NCBI GenBank assembly: GCA_027621355.1
Contig: JAQCBZ010000001.1
Location: 53,155 to 117,154 of the forward strand
DNA from: Bacteroidota bacterium
GTDB taxonomy: Bacteria; Bacteroidota; Rhodothermia; Balneolales; Balneolaceae
Length of the DNA: 64,000 nt
Direction of reading: 5' to 3'
The translations under genes and the position numbers were made by a program. Below, piece after piece: positions 51,320 to 60,876 of this stretch. Under the pieces are notes generated by a model, which saw only the letters and a list, made by a program, of their open reading frames with translations, ran no database searches and was not told where the DNA came from. Positions within the stretch are counted from its first letter, which is position 1; every line of letters starts with the position of its first letter.

Positions 51320-51393
51320 TGGTCCGGTAGTTCAGTTGGTTAGAACGCCTGCCTGTCACGCAGGAGGTCGCGAGTTCGAGTCTCGTCCGGATC
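51320..51393 (+). tRNA. tRNA-Asp (anticodon GTC)
   Basis: Folded by hand. Acceptor stem GGTCCGG/CCGGATC (one G-U pair), D arm GTTC/GAAC, anticodon stem CCTGC/GCAGG with loop CTGTCAC, T arm GCGAG/CTCGT with loop TTCGAGT. CCA is not encoded. Confidence 0.93.
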
Positions 51394-51461
51394 GCTCACG
51401 TTGGCAACCCTCTTCTAAATCTCATGAAGAGGCATCGTAAGACATTAAAAAACAGTCATTT

Positions 51462-53339
51462 ATGAACGCTTACGATGTTGTGGTCATAGGGGCTGGGCAT
51501 GCTGGTTCCGAAGCCGCAGCTGCAGCCGCAAAAACAGGATCAAGGACACTGCTCATCACGATGAGTCTCGAAGCCATTGCCAGGATGTCTTGTAATCCTG
51601 CTATGGGTGGTGTTGCAAAGGGTCAATTGGTGCGAGAAATCGATGCGCTTGGTGGCCTGAGTGGCATTGTCAGCGATAGGAGTGGTGTCCAGTTTCGACT
51701 CTTAAATCGAAGCAAGGGGCCTGCAATGTGGTCCCCACGCTGTCAAAGTGATCGACAATTCTATTCTCAGATCATGAGAGAGGAACTGGAATCGATAGAT
51801 AATTTAGATTTTCGACAAGATGATGTCACTGAGCTCATTTTTACTGACGACGGGAGCGCTATCAAAGGGGTTCGGACCCTAACAGACTATGAAGTCCATG
51901 CGAAGGCTGTCGTAGTGACAAGTGGCACATTTTTAAATGGGTTAATTCATATTGGGGAGAAACAATATGGCGGGGGGCGCTCAGGCGAACGAGCCTCCAA
52001 GGGAATCTCGGCTAGCCTGGAATCTATGGGTTTCGAATTGAGTCGACTCAAAACGGGGACACCGCCACGTATTGACGGCCGTAGTGTGAATCTTGATGCT
52101 CTAGAAATTCAATATGGGGATGATGACCCAGTGCCATTTTCTTTTATGACAGACAAGCTGCCTTCGCAACAAGAGCAGCTTACGTGCTGGATTGGATACA
52201 CGGACCCCACAGTACATGAGGCTTTGAGAGGGGGCTTTGATCGAAGCCCGATGTTTAATGGACGCATAAAATCGGTTGGACCGCGGTATTGCCCAAGTAT
52301 TGAGGACAAAATTCATCGATTTGCAGAACGAGATCGACACCAGCTCTTCCTAGAGCCAGAGGGATGGAATACCTATGAGATGTATTTAAATGGTTTTTCA
52401 ACGTCACTACCAGAAGAGGTTCAAATTGAAGCGCTGAACAAAATCGAAGGCTTTGAAAAGGCTCGTATGATGAGACCCGGCTACGCGATAGAGTATGATT
52501 ATGTGCCCCCACATCAAATTAAACGGACCATGGAGACGAAAATCATCTCAGGTCTGTTTTTTGCTGGGCAGATTAATGGAACCACAGGTTATGAGGAAGC
52601 CGCTTGCCAAGGACTAATGGCAGGAGTAAACGCTTCTTTATCGGTTCAAGGCAAGGATCCATTTGTTTTGTTACGATCACAAGGGTATATCGGGGTGCTG
52701 ATTGACGACTTGATTAGCAAGGGGACAGAAGAGCCTTATAGAATGTTTACTTCAAGGGCAGAACACAGAATATTATTGAGGCAGGACAATGCCGATCAAC
52801 GATTGACGGAAATTGGACATGCGCTTGGCCTTGTGACCGAAGAGCGGTATGCCCGTTTCCAACAAAAAATGGAAAAATGCCTTGCATTAGAGCAGTGGGT
52901 TGAGTCTACATCGATCAAGCCTGAGCAAATAAACCCGCTGCTTGAATCCATGGGAAAGTCCCCCATTAAACAGTCTGTAAAGGCAACAGCGATTATTGGT
53001 AGACCTGAGGTGTCACTCGAGATGCTCATCGATGCGGCAAGCGATCGCGAAAGATTAGACGCTATAGGGGCAACTCATCCAGAGATCATGCATACGATTG
53101 AAACACAGTTTAAGTATGCAGGGTATATTGAAAAGGAATTTGAAATGGTTGAGGAGCTAAAAAAACAAGAAGAGCTCACTATCCCTGAGTCCATCCATTA
53201 CAATAAGATCAAAAGTTTGAGCTCAGAAGGAAAATCTAAACTTGAGCATGTGCGCCCAGAAACCCTAGGACAGGCAAGTCGAATCTCTGGCGTATCGCAA
53301 AGCGACCTTGCGGTGCTCTTGGTCTATTTAAAAGGATAA
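51462..53339 (+). CDS. mnmG: tRNA uridine 5-carboxymethylaminomethyl modification enzyme MnmG (GidA)
   Basis: FAD motif YDVVVIGAGHAGSEAA, then GPRYCPSIEDK; 625 aa. Confidence 0.96.
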   Translation: MNAYDVVVIGAGHAGSEAAAAAAKTGSRTLLITMSLEAIARMSCNPAMGGVAKGQLVREIDALGGLSGIVSDRSGVQFRLLNRSKGPAMWSPRCQSDRQFYSQIMREELESIDNLDFRQDDVTELIFTDDGSAIKGVRTLTDYEVHAKAVVVTSGTFLNGLIHIGEKQYGGGRSGERASKGISASLESMGFELSRLKTGTPPRIDGRSVNLDALEIQYGDDDPVPFSFMTDKLPSQQEQLTCWIGYTDPTVHEALRGGFDRSPMFNGRIKSVGPRYCPSIEDKIHRFAERDRHQLFLEPEGWNTYEMYLNGFSTSLPEEVQIEALNKIEGFEKARMMRPGYAIEYDYVPPHQIKRTMETKIISGLFFAGQINGTTGYEEAACQGLMAGVNASLSVQGKDPFVLLRSQGYIGVLIDDLISKGTEEPYRMFTSRAEHRILLRQDNADQRLTEIGHALGLVTEERYARFQQKMEKCLALEQWVESTSIKPEQINPLLESMGKSPIKQSVKATAIIGRPEVSLEMLIDAASDRERLDAIGATHPEIMHTIETQFKYAGYIEKEFEMVEELKKQEELTIPESIHYNKIKSLSSEGKSKLEHVRPETLGQASRISGVSQSDLAVLLVYLKG

Positions 53340-53962
53340 TGTTTCACGTGAAACAATCAGACACGCTGCGTGCTTGCAAGAAGCTGGCCGCAGAGCATAG
53401 CATGGCTCTAAATCACTATGCAGACAGACTGCTCTGGTGGAATGAGAAAGTGAATCTCGTCAGCAGGGATGTTTCACGTGAAACAATCATGAGTCACATT
53501 GAGCACTCATTAACACTGAATGCGTGGCTTAGCCCCATATCTCATTGGGTGGATGCAGGCACGGGTGGAGGGTTGCCTGGCATACCTTTAGCCATTGTGA
53601 ATCCAAGCCTATCGTTTACCTTGAATGACATTGTCCAGAAGAAATGTACAGTCTTGAAATCGATTGTGAGGGAGTTGGGGTTGCCTAATGCGCAAGTGCA
53701 AGAAGGGTCCGTTGCCGATGTTCAGCTTGACCCTAAGACTGGTATTTGCACCAAACATGCATTCAAAATACCACAGCTTCTAAACTTGATTGGAGGGCAG
53801 TCGTCTCAACCAGGTGCAATCTTATGGCTAAAAGGGTTTGAGGAAGCCGTTCAAGACATTGAGAGCCAATCCGAACAAGCATCTTTTGAAATTCTCAGCC
53901 TAGACAGCGGGGAAGACCCATTCTATAAGGGAAAGGCTATTGTGAGGTGGACACCACGCTAA
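53339..53962 (+). CDS. rsmG: 16S rRNA (guanine527-N7)-methyltransferase RsmG (GidB)
   Basis: LLWWNEKVNLVS, and the SAM motif DAGTGGGLPGIPLAI. The ATG overlaps the mnmG stop (TAATG). Confidence 0.9.
   Translation: MFHVKQSDTLRACKKLAAEHSMALNHYADRLLWWNEKVNLVSRDVSRETIMSHIEHSLTLNAWLSPISHWVDAGTGGGLPGIPLAIVNPSLSFTLNDIVQKKCTVLKSIVRELGLPNAQVQEGSVADVQLDPKTGICTKHAFKIPQLLNLIGGQSSQPGAILWLKGFEEAVQDIESQSEQASFEILSLDSGEDPFYKGKAIVRWTPR
53340..53355. promoter_or_regulatory. parS site 1 (perfect 16-bp palindrome TGTTTCACGTGAAACA)
   Basis: Exact match to the chromosomal parS consensus TGTTNCACGTGAAACA. It overlaps the rsmG start codon. Confidence 0.8.
53470..53485. promoter_or_regulatory. parS site 2 (perfect 16-bp palindrome TGTTTCACGTGAAACA)
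   Basis: Identical palindrome 130 bp downstream. The shared block is 21 bp: atgtttcacgtgaaacaatca at 53339-53359 and 53469-53489. Confidence 0.8.
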
Positions 53963-54906
53963 TGAAAGATCTTAACTCTACAGAGCGTGTGATGAAAATG
54001 TTCTCGTTGATGCAATCTTCAACAAAACGCCTCACTATCAATGAGCTAGCCACATTATTTGGCGTATCTAGACGAACCATCTTTCGAGATCTTAATAAAC
54101 TAGAGGCAATCGGCCTTCCTATTACCCACGATCCAGTGGAGGGGTATGGCGTAATGAAAGAGTTTAGAATCCCCCCCATCCAGTTTAATCCCAAAGAGCT
54201 CTCAACCCTCATGGTTGGCATTCAGTTTGTGAAAGCTCAAGTCAATCAATCGTTAAGTGAAGATGCGACCATGGTTGAAAGTAAAATACGCCAGGTTATT
54301 AACCCAGAACTGCGGGCGTTTATGGATCTAATGGCTGAGAGAATGATCATCGATCCAAGCATGACCTTCCAGTCTGAAAAACAAAAAGGAGGAGATTGGT
54401 ACACACTTTCAGGTGCTATTGCTAGTCAGAAAACAATCACATTTTCGTACCGAAATAAAAAAGGCATCACTGAGGACAGAAAAGTAGACCCATACTTACT
54501 CGTTTTTTATACAGATCATTGGAACCTTATTGGATATTCACATGAACGTGAATCGATACGCAATTATATACTAGAAAAAGTAACAAATCTTGTTGTTACA
54601 GATGAAAGCTATGCGCCCAAAGTCAAACTTGACGCCAGGGCCCTGATATTTGATTCTGAGAGCGCAGAAACCATGGTTGATGTGCACGTCGACTCGAAAG
54701 CATTTAAGCGGTTTAGCGCAAATTTACCCACGAAAATAATTAAGTCTAAACCGGAAAACCCCAAAATGATTAAGGTGACTTTTGGCTTCGATAATCTGGA
54801 CTATCTTAATGAATGGCTTCTCCAATTCGGAGCAGATATAAAGGTGATCAGTCCCAAAGAGCTAGTGACCAAACGCCAAGAACTTCTTCACAAGATGATT
54901 TCATAG
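53962..54906 (+). CDS. HTH plus WYL-domain transcriptional regulator (YafY-like)
   Basis: N-terminal HTH LTINELATLFGVSRRTIFRDLNKL. Central WYL-type block ITFSYRNKKGITEDRKVDPYLLVFYTDHWNLIGYS. C-terminal WCX-like region. Start chosen at the ATG overlapping the rsmG stop. Confidence 0.8.
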   Translation: MKDLNSTERVMKMFSLMQSSTKRLTINELATLFGVSRRTIFRDLNKLEAIGLPITHDPVEGYGVMKEFRIPPIQFNPKELSTLMVGIQFVKAQVNQSLSEDATMVESKIRQVINPELRAFMDLMAERMIIDPSMTFQSEKQKGGDWYTLSGAIASQKTITFSYRNKKGITEDRKVDPYLLVFYTDHWNLIGYSHERESIRNYILEKVTNLVVTDESYAPKVKLDARALIFDSESAETMVDVHVDSKAFKRFSANLPTKIIKSKPENPKMIKVTFGFDNLDYLNEWLLQFGADIKVISPKELVTKRQELLHKMIS

Positions 54907-54941
54907 ATCAGCAATAAATCACGGAAAAGTCACCGCCAACT

Positions 54942-57443
54942 TTAGGATTCTTCCTCAGTCGTTTCGATCACTTGTGCACTATCCTCATCATCATTCGCAA
55001 CGCGTGTTACAGCTCCAATTTTGCCGGAGTCGTCTAGCCTCATGATTCTTACACCCTGAGTGTTGCGACCCATCGTACGGATTCCTTTACATTGCATGCG
55101 AATCACTTTTCCACGCTCTGTAATCACCATTAGATCATCTTGATCAGAAACTTCTTTTAGCGCAATCAATTTTCCAGTCTTGCCTGTAATCTTCATGGTA
55201 ATGACTCCTTTTCCACCACGACTTTGTTCGCGATAGTCATCAACCAATGAGCGTTTTCCGTAACCCTGCTCTGCGATGGCTAAAACAGTCGATTCGTGAG
55301 TATTCTTCACTATCACCAGATCTACTAAGTGATCATTAGGCCCAAGGTTCATGCCTCGCACCCCTGATGTATTTCGTCCCATTTGTCGTGCTTGCGATTC
55401 GTGGAAGCGAATGGCACGTCCATTATCGGCTGCCAACAAAATGGTACTATCCCCATCGGCTAGACCCGCGCCCAACAGACGATCCCCTTCACGTACATTT
55501 ATGGCAATAATCCCATTACGACGCGGTCTCGAGTACAATTCAAGAGCAGTCTTTTTAATCACACCTTTTTCTGTTGCCATCAAAATGGATCGGTCTTTAA
55601 TGTACTCTGCATCATCAAGTGATTTGACAGGAACAATGGCCATGACTGAATCTTCTTTCTCAATCTCGATCAGATTCACAATGGCACGCCCTCTGGAGAG
55701 ACGAGTTCCCTCAGGAATTTCATACACTTTGAGCCAGTAACAACGACCATTTTTGGTGAAAAACAGCAAGAAGTTGTGGTTGGTGGCCACGAATAGATGC
55801 TCTACATACTCTTCATCCTTAGTCGTCGTCCCTTTCATCCCTTTGCCACCACGTCGTTGTCGTCGATATCCACTTACAGGCATCCGCTTAATAAAGCCCA
55901 TATTGGAGATCGTCACTACGACATCTTCGTCAGCAATCATGTCCTCAACATTGAAGTCCTCAGCCGAGTACACAATTTGCGTACGTCTTTCGTCGCCATA
56001 CTTTTTCTTCAATTCCTGAAGCTCTTCCTTAATAATGGCCGTTTGAGCGTCACGACTCGATAAAATGCGTCGGAAGTCTGCAATTTTATCAACAATCTCA
56101 CGGTATTCAAGGTCTACCTTGTCTCGTTCAAGGCCTGTGAGTTTCTGCAAACGCATTTCCAGGATCGCTTTTGCTTGGATATCAGTGAGTGCAAATTTCT
56201 TGCGAAGCTCCGTATTTGCAATCGCTGGATTCTTGGCTGCACGAATGGTTTTGATCACCTCATCTAGATTGTCTAAGGCAATTTTCAACCCTTCTAAAAT
56301 GTGAGCACGTGCTTCGGCTTGATCCAGGTCATAAATCGTACGACGAATCACAACCTCAATACGGTGCTCAATAAAGTGACCGATGATCTCTTTGATTGGC
56401 ATCACCTTAGGACGACCCTTGACAAGGGCAAGGTTGATAATCCCAAACGTACTCTGCATCTGCGTATACTTATAAAGCTGATTCAAGACCACGCCAGAGT
56501 TGGCCCCACGCTTTAGCATGATGACAATACGCATTCCATCACGATCCGATTCATCGCGTATCTCTGAGATCTCGGTGATCTTATCAGAGTTAACCTGCTC
56601 TACAATTTTTTGGATCAAGACCGCCTTATTTACTTGATAAGGGATTTCGGTCACAACAAGTTGTTCACGCCCTCCACGTAGCTCTTCTGTATTGGCCCGA
56701 GCACGCATAACGACGCGTCCACGACCAGTCTCATAGGCCTCCTTCACCCCTTCATACCCATAGATGATTCCACCTGTTGGGAAATCGGGTGCTACCAAGT
56801 GCTTCATTATCCCAGCAGTGTCAATCTCAGGTTCATCCATTACCGCCACGACCGCGCCTATAGCTTCAGTTAGGTTGTGGGGTGCCATATTGGTAGCCAT
56901 TCCCACGGCAATCCCTGATGATCCATTAACAATCAAATTTGGGAACATGGATGGCAGGACGGTTGGCTCTGTGAGGGTATCGTCAAAGTTGTACTGAAAA
57001 TCGACCGTCTCTTTGTTGAGATCTGTCAGCAACTCTTCGGCGATTTGCTTCATTCGTACTTCGGTGTAACGCATCGCCGCCGCGCCATCTCCATCCACAG
57101 ATCCAAAGTTCCCTTGGCCATCGACCAGTGGGTATCGAAGTGAGAAGTCCTGAACCATCCGCACGATGGTATCATAAACGGCGCTATCCCCGTGCGGGTG
57201 ATATTTACCCAACACTTCCCCAACAATACGTGCAGACTTTTTGTATGGACGATTGTGAAGCATTCCCAGCTCACTCATCCCATACAACGCTCGGCGGTGA
57301 ACAGGTTTTAACCCATCACGCACGTCTGGTAAGGCTCTGGAAACAATGACCGACATCGAATAATCGATGTAGGATGATTGCATTTCATCTTCAATGGTGA
57401 TAGGAATAATCTTTTCTCTAGACATACGATTGTGTTTGGTCAA
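54942..57443 (-). CDS. gyrA: DNA gyrase subunit A
   Basis: [15 protein letters not shown], the AAMRYTE active-site Tyr region, and a C-terminal beta-pinwheel; 833 aa. Confidence 0.97.
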   Translation of the reverse strand: MTKHNRMSREKIIPITIEDEMQSSYIDYSMSVIVSRALPDVRDGLKPVHRRALYGMSELGMLHNRPYKKSARIVGEVLGKYHPHGDSAVYDTIVRMVQDFSLRYPLVDGQGNFGSVDGDGAAAMRYTEVRMKQIAEELLTDLNKETVDFQYNFDDTLTEPTVLPSMFPNLIVNGSSGIAVGMATNMAPHNLTEAIGAVVAVMDEPEIDTAGIMKHLVAPDFPTGGIIYGYEGVKEAYETGRGRVVMRARANTEELRGGREQLVVTEIPYQVNKAVLIQKIVEQVNSDKITEISEIRDESDRDGMRIVIMLKRGANSGVVLNQLYKYTQMQSTFGIINLALVKGRPKVMPIKEIIGHFIEHRIEVVIRRTIYDLDQAEARAHILEGLKIALDNLDEVIKTIRAAKNPAIANTELRKKFALTDIQAKAILEMRLQKLTGLERDKVDLEYREIVDKIADFRRILSSRDAQTAIIKEELQELKKKYGDERRTQIVYSAEDFNVEDMIADEDVVVTISNMGFIKRMPVSGYRRQRRGGKGMKGTTTKDEEYVEHLFVATNHNFLLFFTKNGRCYWLKVYEIPEGTRLSRGRAIVNLIEIEKEDSVMAIVPVKSLDDAEYIKDRSILMATEKGVIKKTALELYSRPRRNGIIAINVREGDRLLGAGLADGDSTILLAADNGRAIRFHESQARQMGRNTSGVRGMNLGPNDHLVDLVIVKNTHESTVLAIAEQGYGKRSLVDDYREQSRGGKGVITMKITGKTGKLIALKEVSDQDDLMVITERGKVIRMQCKGIRTMGRNTQGVRIMRLDDSGKIGAVTRVANDDEDSAQVIETTEEES

Positions 57444-57488
57444 GGAATCGACCGTAGGTTGATTCCTTGACGATGGGTGTCAATGTGT

Positions 57489-59435
57489 TTAGATATCGAG
57501 GTTTGCGTATTTCGCGTTGCGCTCAATGAACTCTCTCCGAGGCTCTACAAGGTCTCCCATTAATGTGGAAAACACCTTATCGGCAGTGGCAGCTGATTCT
57601 ACAGTCACTTGTTGTAGCGTTCTTGTCTCAGGATCCATGGTTGTCTCCCACAGCTGTTCTGGATTCATCTCTCCAAGACCCTTGTAACGCGAGACATCAA
57701 CCTTGCTTTTGTTTTTCTTGTACTTGGCAACAATGCTTGATCTAGTCTCATCATCCCACGCATAATCTACATTTTTGCCCGCTGTGATTTTGTACAAAGG
57801 AGGCGTTGCAATATAAATATGACCCAATTCTACCAAAGGACGCATATATCGGTAGAAGAACGTGAGAAGCAGGGTGCGAATGTGAGAGCCATCCACATCG
57901 GCATCGGTCATAATGATGATTTTGTGATAACGTAGCTTTTCGATTTCAAAGTCTTCGTCGCCATGCCCTACGCTCGTCCCAAGAGCCGTAATCATGGCTT
58001 GAATCTCTTTGTTCTCGAGAATTTTGTTCAGGTTTGCTTTCTCAACATTCAAAATCTTGCCTCGAAGTGGCAAAATAGCTTGGAAACTACGGTTCCGTCC
58101 CATTTTTGCCGACCCGCCGGCTGAGTCACCCTCCACTAGGTATACTTCGCAGTGTTCGGGTTCATTAATGGAGCAATCAGCCAATTTCCCTGGCAACCCA
58201 CCACCACTCATCACACTCTTGCGTTGAATGAGTTGACGGGCTTTCCGTGCCGCCTCTCGGGCTTCAGCAGCAAGCACCACTTTATCTAAGATTTTGCGTG
58301 CTACTTTTGGGTTTTGCTCGAGGAACTCCATCAATTTTTCGTAGATAATCACTTCTACAACACTCTGAACCTCAGAATTTCCCAGTTTTGTTTTGGTTTG
58401 CCCCTCAAACTGCGGTTCAGCCACCTTAACACTGAGCACCGCTGTGAGACCTTCACGAAAATCTTCACCTGAAATGGTGATTTTAGATCCTGATTTAATG
58501 ATCCCGTTTTTCTCGGCGTAGGTTTTAAATGCCCGAGTAAGCGCACGACGGAATCCAGAAATATGGGTCCCTCCCTCGCGCGTGTTGATGTTGTTCACAT
58601 ACGAACTCACATTTTCACTAAAGGAGTTGTTGTAGGCCATAGCCAATTCAACAGGGACATTCTCTTGCTCGCCCTCGATGTGAATGGGCTCATCCATAAA
58701 GCTTTCACGGGCTTCATCAAGGTATTTCACAAAATCACGGGTTCCCCCTAAGTAATGAAACGTCTCTTTGAGCAGTTCACCTGTATCTGGATGGGTATCA
58801 CGCTCATCTATGAGCTCGATTGTAATTTGTGAATTCAGAAACGCAAGCTCGCGTAGACGATCGGCAATAATATCAAACTTGAATTCGACGGTTTGTGTGA
58901 AAATTTCAGGATCAGGCTTGAAAGTAATCAATGTGCCTTGTAAGTCGGTTTTTCCTGTGACTTCCAATTGGGTTTTGGTAATGCCGCGCTCAAAGGTAAT
59001 CTCATGCTTTTTGCCACCTCTCCAAACCTCTGCTTTGAATAGGGTTGACAAGGCATTCACACAGCTAACACCCACACCGTGAAGCCCCCCTGAAACCTTG
59101 TATGAATCTTTATCAAATTTACCCCCAGCATGTAACTTGGTGAGCACAACCTCAATCGCAGGTATCCCCATTTTGGGATGTATATCGACAGGAATCCCCC
59201 GGCCATTATCAGAAACAGAGAGAGATCCGTCTTCATGAATCGTCACAATAATGTGATCGCAATGCCCTGCAAGCGATTCATCAATGGAATTATCGACAAC
59301 CTCATTAATTAGGTGGTGCAATCCTCGTGAGCCAATATCGCCGATATACATGGCGGGGCGTTTTCGTACTGCTTCGAGACCTTCAAGTACTTGGATATTG
59401 GATGCTTGGTATTCAGAACTTGATGTCTTGCTCAT
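57489..59435 (-). CDS. gyrB: DNA gyrase subunit B
   Basis: LEGLEAVRKRPAMYIG, the GHKL ATPase domain, Toprim EVYLVEGDSAGG, and PLRGKILNVEKA. Confidence 0.97.
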   Translation of the reverse strand: MSKTSSSEYQASNIQVLEGLEAVRKRPAMYIGDIGSRGLHHLINEVVDNSIDESLAGHCDHIIVTIHEDGSLSVSDNGRGIPVDIHPKMGIPAIEVVLTKLHAGGKFDKDSYKVSGGLHGVGVSCVNALSTLFKAEVWRGGKKHEITFERGITKTQLEVTGKTDLQGTLITFKPDPEIFTQTVEFKFDIIADRLRELAFLNSQITIELIDERDTHPDTGELLKETFHYLGGTRDFVKYLDEARESFMDEPIHIEGEQENVPVELAMAYNNSFSENVSSYVNNINTREGGTHISGFRRALTRAFKTYAEKNGIIKSGSKITISGEDFREGLTAVLSVKVAEPQFEGQTKTKLGNSEVQSVVEVIIYEKLMEFLEQNPKVARKILDKVVLAAEAREAARKARQLIQRKSVMSGGGLPGKLADCSINEPEHCEVYLVEGDSAGGSAKMGRNRSFQAILPLRGKILNVEKANLNKILENKEIQAMITALGTSVGHGDEDFEIEKLRYHKIIIMTDADVDGSHIRTLLLTFFYRYMRPLVELGHIYIATPPLYKITAGKNVDYAWDDETRSSIVAKYKKNKSKVDVSRYKGLGEMNPEQLWETTMDPETRTLQQVTVESAATADKVFSTLMGDLVEPRREFIERNAKYANLDI

Positions 59436-59696
59436 GCGTGTGCAGGTCTCTTTTTTTTGGGAATGCTAGCGGGGTTTCCACCCGTCATTTTAACTTGCTT
59501 AAAATAGCGTTTGAGGCGTCAAAAAACAACGAATTGACGAAGAAAGACCGCCTGTTTTTTGCTTCATTTCATCTTGCAGAAGGACTTGTGAGGGGATCAT
59601 CAACTTTAGGTTGATTATCAGGCGATTAAACGATAATTTATCTGTCTTTCAGTAATTGTGTCAGTAACACAGTAGGATAAACCAGTTTGGACTCTC

Positions 59697-59942
59697 ATGT
59701 CACGTAAAGACGATATTACAGGACGTACGCCACTGTCGGGATTCCGCTCCTCAAAAGCGAATAATAAGACAAAGCATACCTTCCATTTAAATCTTCACAA
59801 GAGAAGGTTTTATATTCCAGAAGAGGATCGTTGGGTAACACTCAAAATAACGGCGAAAACTCTTCGCACCATTAATAAAAACGGCATTTCTGAAGTCCTC
59901 AAAGAGGCTAAGAAGCAAGGCGTCTTAAGTCCTAAGGTGTAA
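59697..59942 (+). CDS. rpmB: 50S ribosomal protein L28
   Basis: 81 aa. [10 protein letters not shown]...[14 protein letters not shown]. Confidence 0.9.
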   Translation: MSRKDDITGRTPLSGFRSSKANNKTKHTFHLNLHKRRFYIPEEDRWVTLKITAKTLRTINKNGISEVLKEAKKQGVLSPKV

Positions 59943-59944
59943 GC

Positions 59945-60109
59945 ATGGCAAAAGGTAATCGTATACAAGTTATTCTAGAGTGCACAGAGAAGCCAGGCAC
60001 CTCCCGTTATGTGACGATGAAAAATCGTCGTACAACAACCGACCGCATCGAATTAAAGAAGTACAATCCCGTGTTGAAAAAGCACACGCTTCACAAAGAG
60101 ATTAAGTAA
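59945..60109 (+). CDS. rpmG: 50S ribosomal protein L33
   Basis: Translated by hand; not in the ORF track because it is under 60 aa. [54 protein letters not shown], 54 aa. Confidence 0.88.
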   Translation: MAKGNRIQVILECTEKPGTSRYVTMKNRRTTTDRIELKKYNPVLKKHTLHKEIK

Positions 60110-60111
60110 TC

Positions 60112-60279
60112 ATGGCAAAGAAACAAGCATTTGGCGCAGACGCAGCAAAGCTCAAAGAGTCTCATCGTAAGATGGCCAAGGTCATTGTACCGTACAAAAA
60201 TGAGTCGGGAAAGATTTCGTACAAAACGGCGATGATGGACCAGGAGTCTGTCAAAGAGTATCTGAACGCCAATAAATAA
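60112..60279 (+). CDS. small conserved protein, DUF4295-like
   Basis: Translated by hand, 55 aa: MAKKQAFGADAAKLKESHRKMAKVIVPYKNESGKISYKTAMMDQESVKEYLNANK. Its position right after rpmB-rpmG matches what I recall for DUF4295 in Bacteroidota. Confidence 0.6.
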   Translation: MAKKQAFGADAAKLKESHRKMAKVIVPYKNESGKISYKTAMMDQESVKEYLNANK

Positions 60280-60297
60280 CTCACGGGGGGCGATCCC

Positions 60298-60864
60298 ATG
60301 AACGTCCTCGACGGATTTATACTGTTCCCCCTTCTTGTAGCCCTTCTTTTAGGGCTAAAAAACGGCATTATTAAAGAAGTCTTTGGCCTCTTGGGTTTAT
60401 TCCTTGCGGTAGTGATTTCACTTTGGTTCACAGGACCTCTCTCTATTTTTGCGATGGAGATGTTGGGCATGAGTGAATCGTGGGCGAAATTAGCCACAGG
60501 CGTGGTCTTATTTGTGTTTGTCATCCTGACCGTACAACTCATTGCATGGATTCTGGAGAAGACGATCAAAGCGGCTCAGTTGTCTTTTATCAATCGTGCT
60601 CTAGGGGGTATTTTTGGATTGGCAAAAGCAGCGTTTATGGTAAGTCTATTGTTATGGGCCCTTTCTTTTGTTGATTATCCCGAGCAAACGGAGACGCAGA
60701 GCTCATTGACCTATTCTTATGTGCGCCCTATAGCTCCCGTCACATTTTCTATTTTGGCCCGTTTTATACCCAATACGGAAGATGCGCTTCAACGCGAAGA
60801 TCCCTCCAAAGGGAAAGAGTCCAAACCATCCGACTCTCGTGAGTCCGAATCTCCATTTATTTAA
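60298..60864 (+). CDS. cvpA: CvpA-family membrane protein
   Basis: MNVLDGFILFPLLVALLLGLKNGIIKEVFGLLG, with four TM helices. Confidence 0.8.
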   Translation: MNVLDGFILFPLLVALLLGLKNGIIKEVFGLLGLFLAVVISLWFTGPLSIFAMEMLGMSESWAKLATGVVLFVFVILTVQLIAWILEKTIKAAQLSFINRALGGIFGLAKAAFMVSLLLWALSFVDYPEQTETQSSLTYSYVRPIAPVTFSILARFIPNTEDALQREDPSKGKESKPSDSRESESPFI

Positions 60865-60876
60865 ACCATCCGACTT

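Larger units (their letters stand above)
49046..51339. mobile_element. mini integrative element in the 5' end of tRNA-Asp (integrase plus one cargo ORF)
   Basis: 21-bp direct repeats at both ends. The interior is AT-rich: hand counts on sample 60-nt lines give roughly 28-37% G+C, against 47-53% in flanking lines. It carries a tyrosine recombinase gene next to the tRNA and repeated 11-mers at both arms. Confidence 0.8.

Noticed and set aside
59436-59696. 261-bp gyrB/rpmB divergent intergenic region with small stems and a T-run, considered as an r-protein leader or sRNA
   Set aside because: The stems are short (5-6 bp) with large loops, and there is no recognisable motif. It is probably just two promoters.
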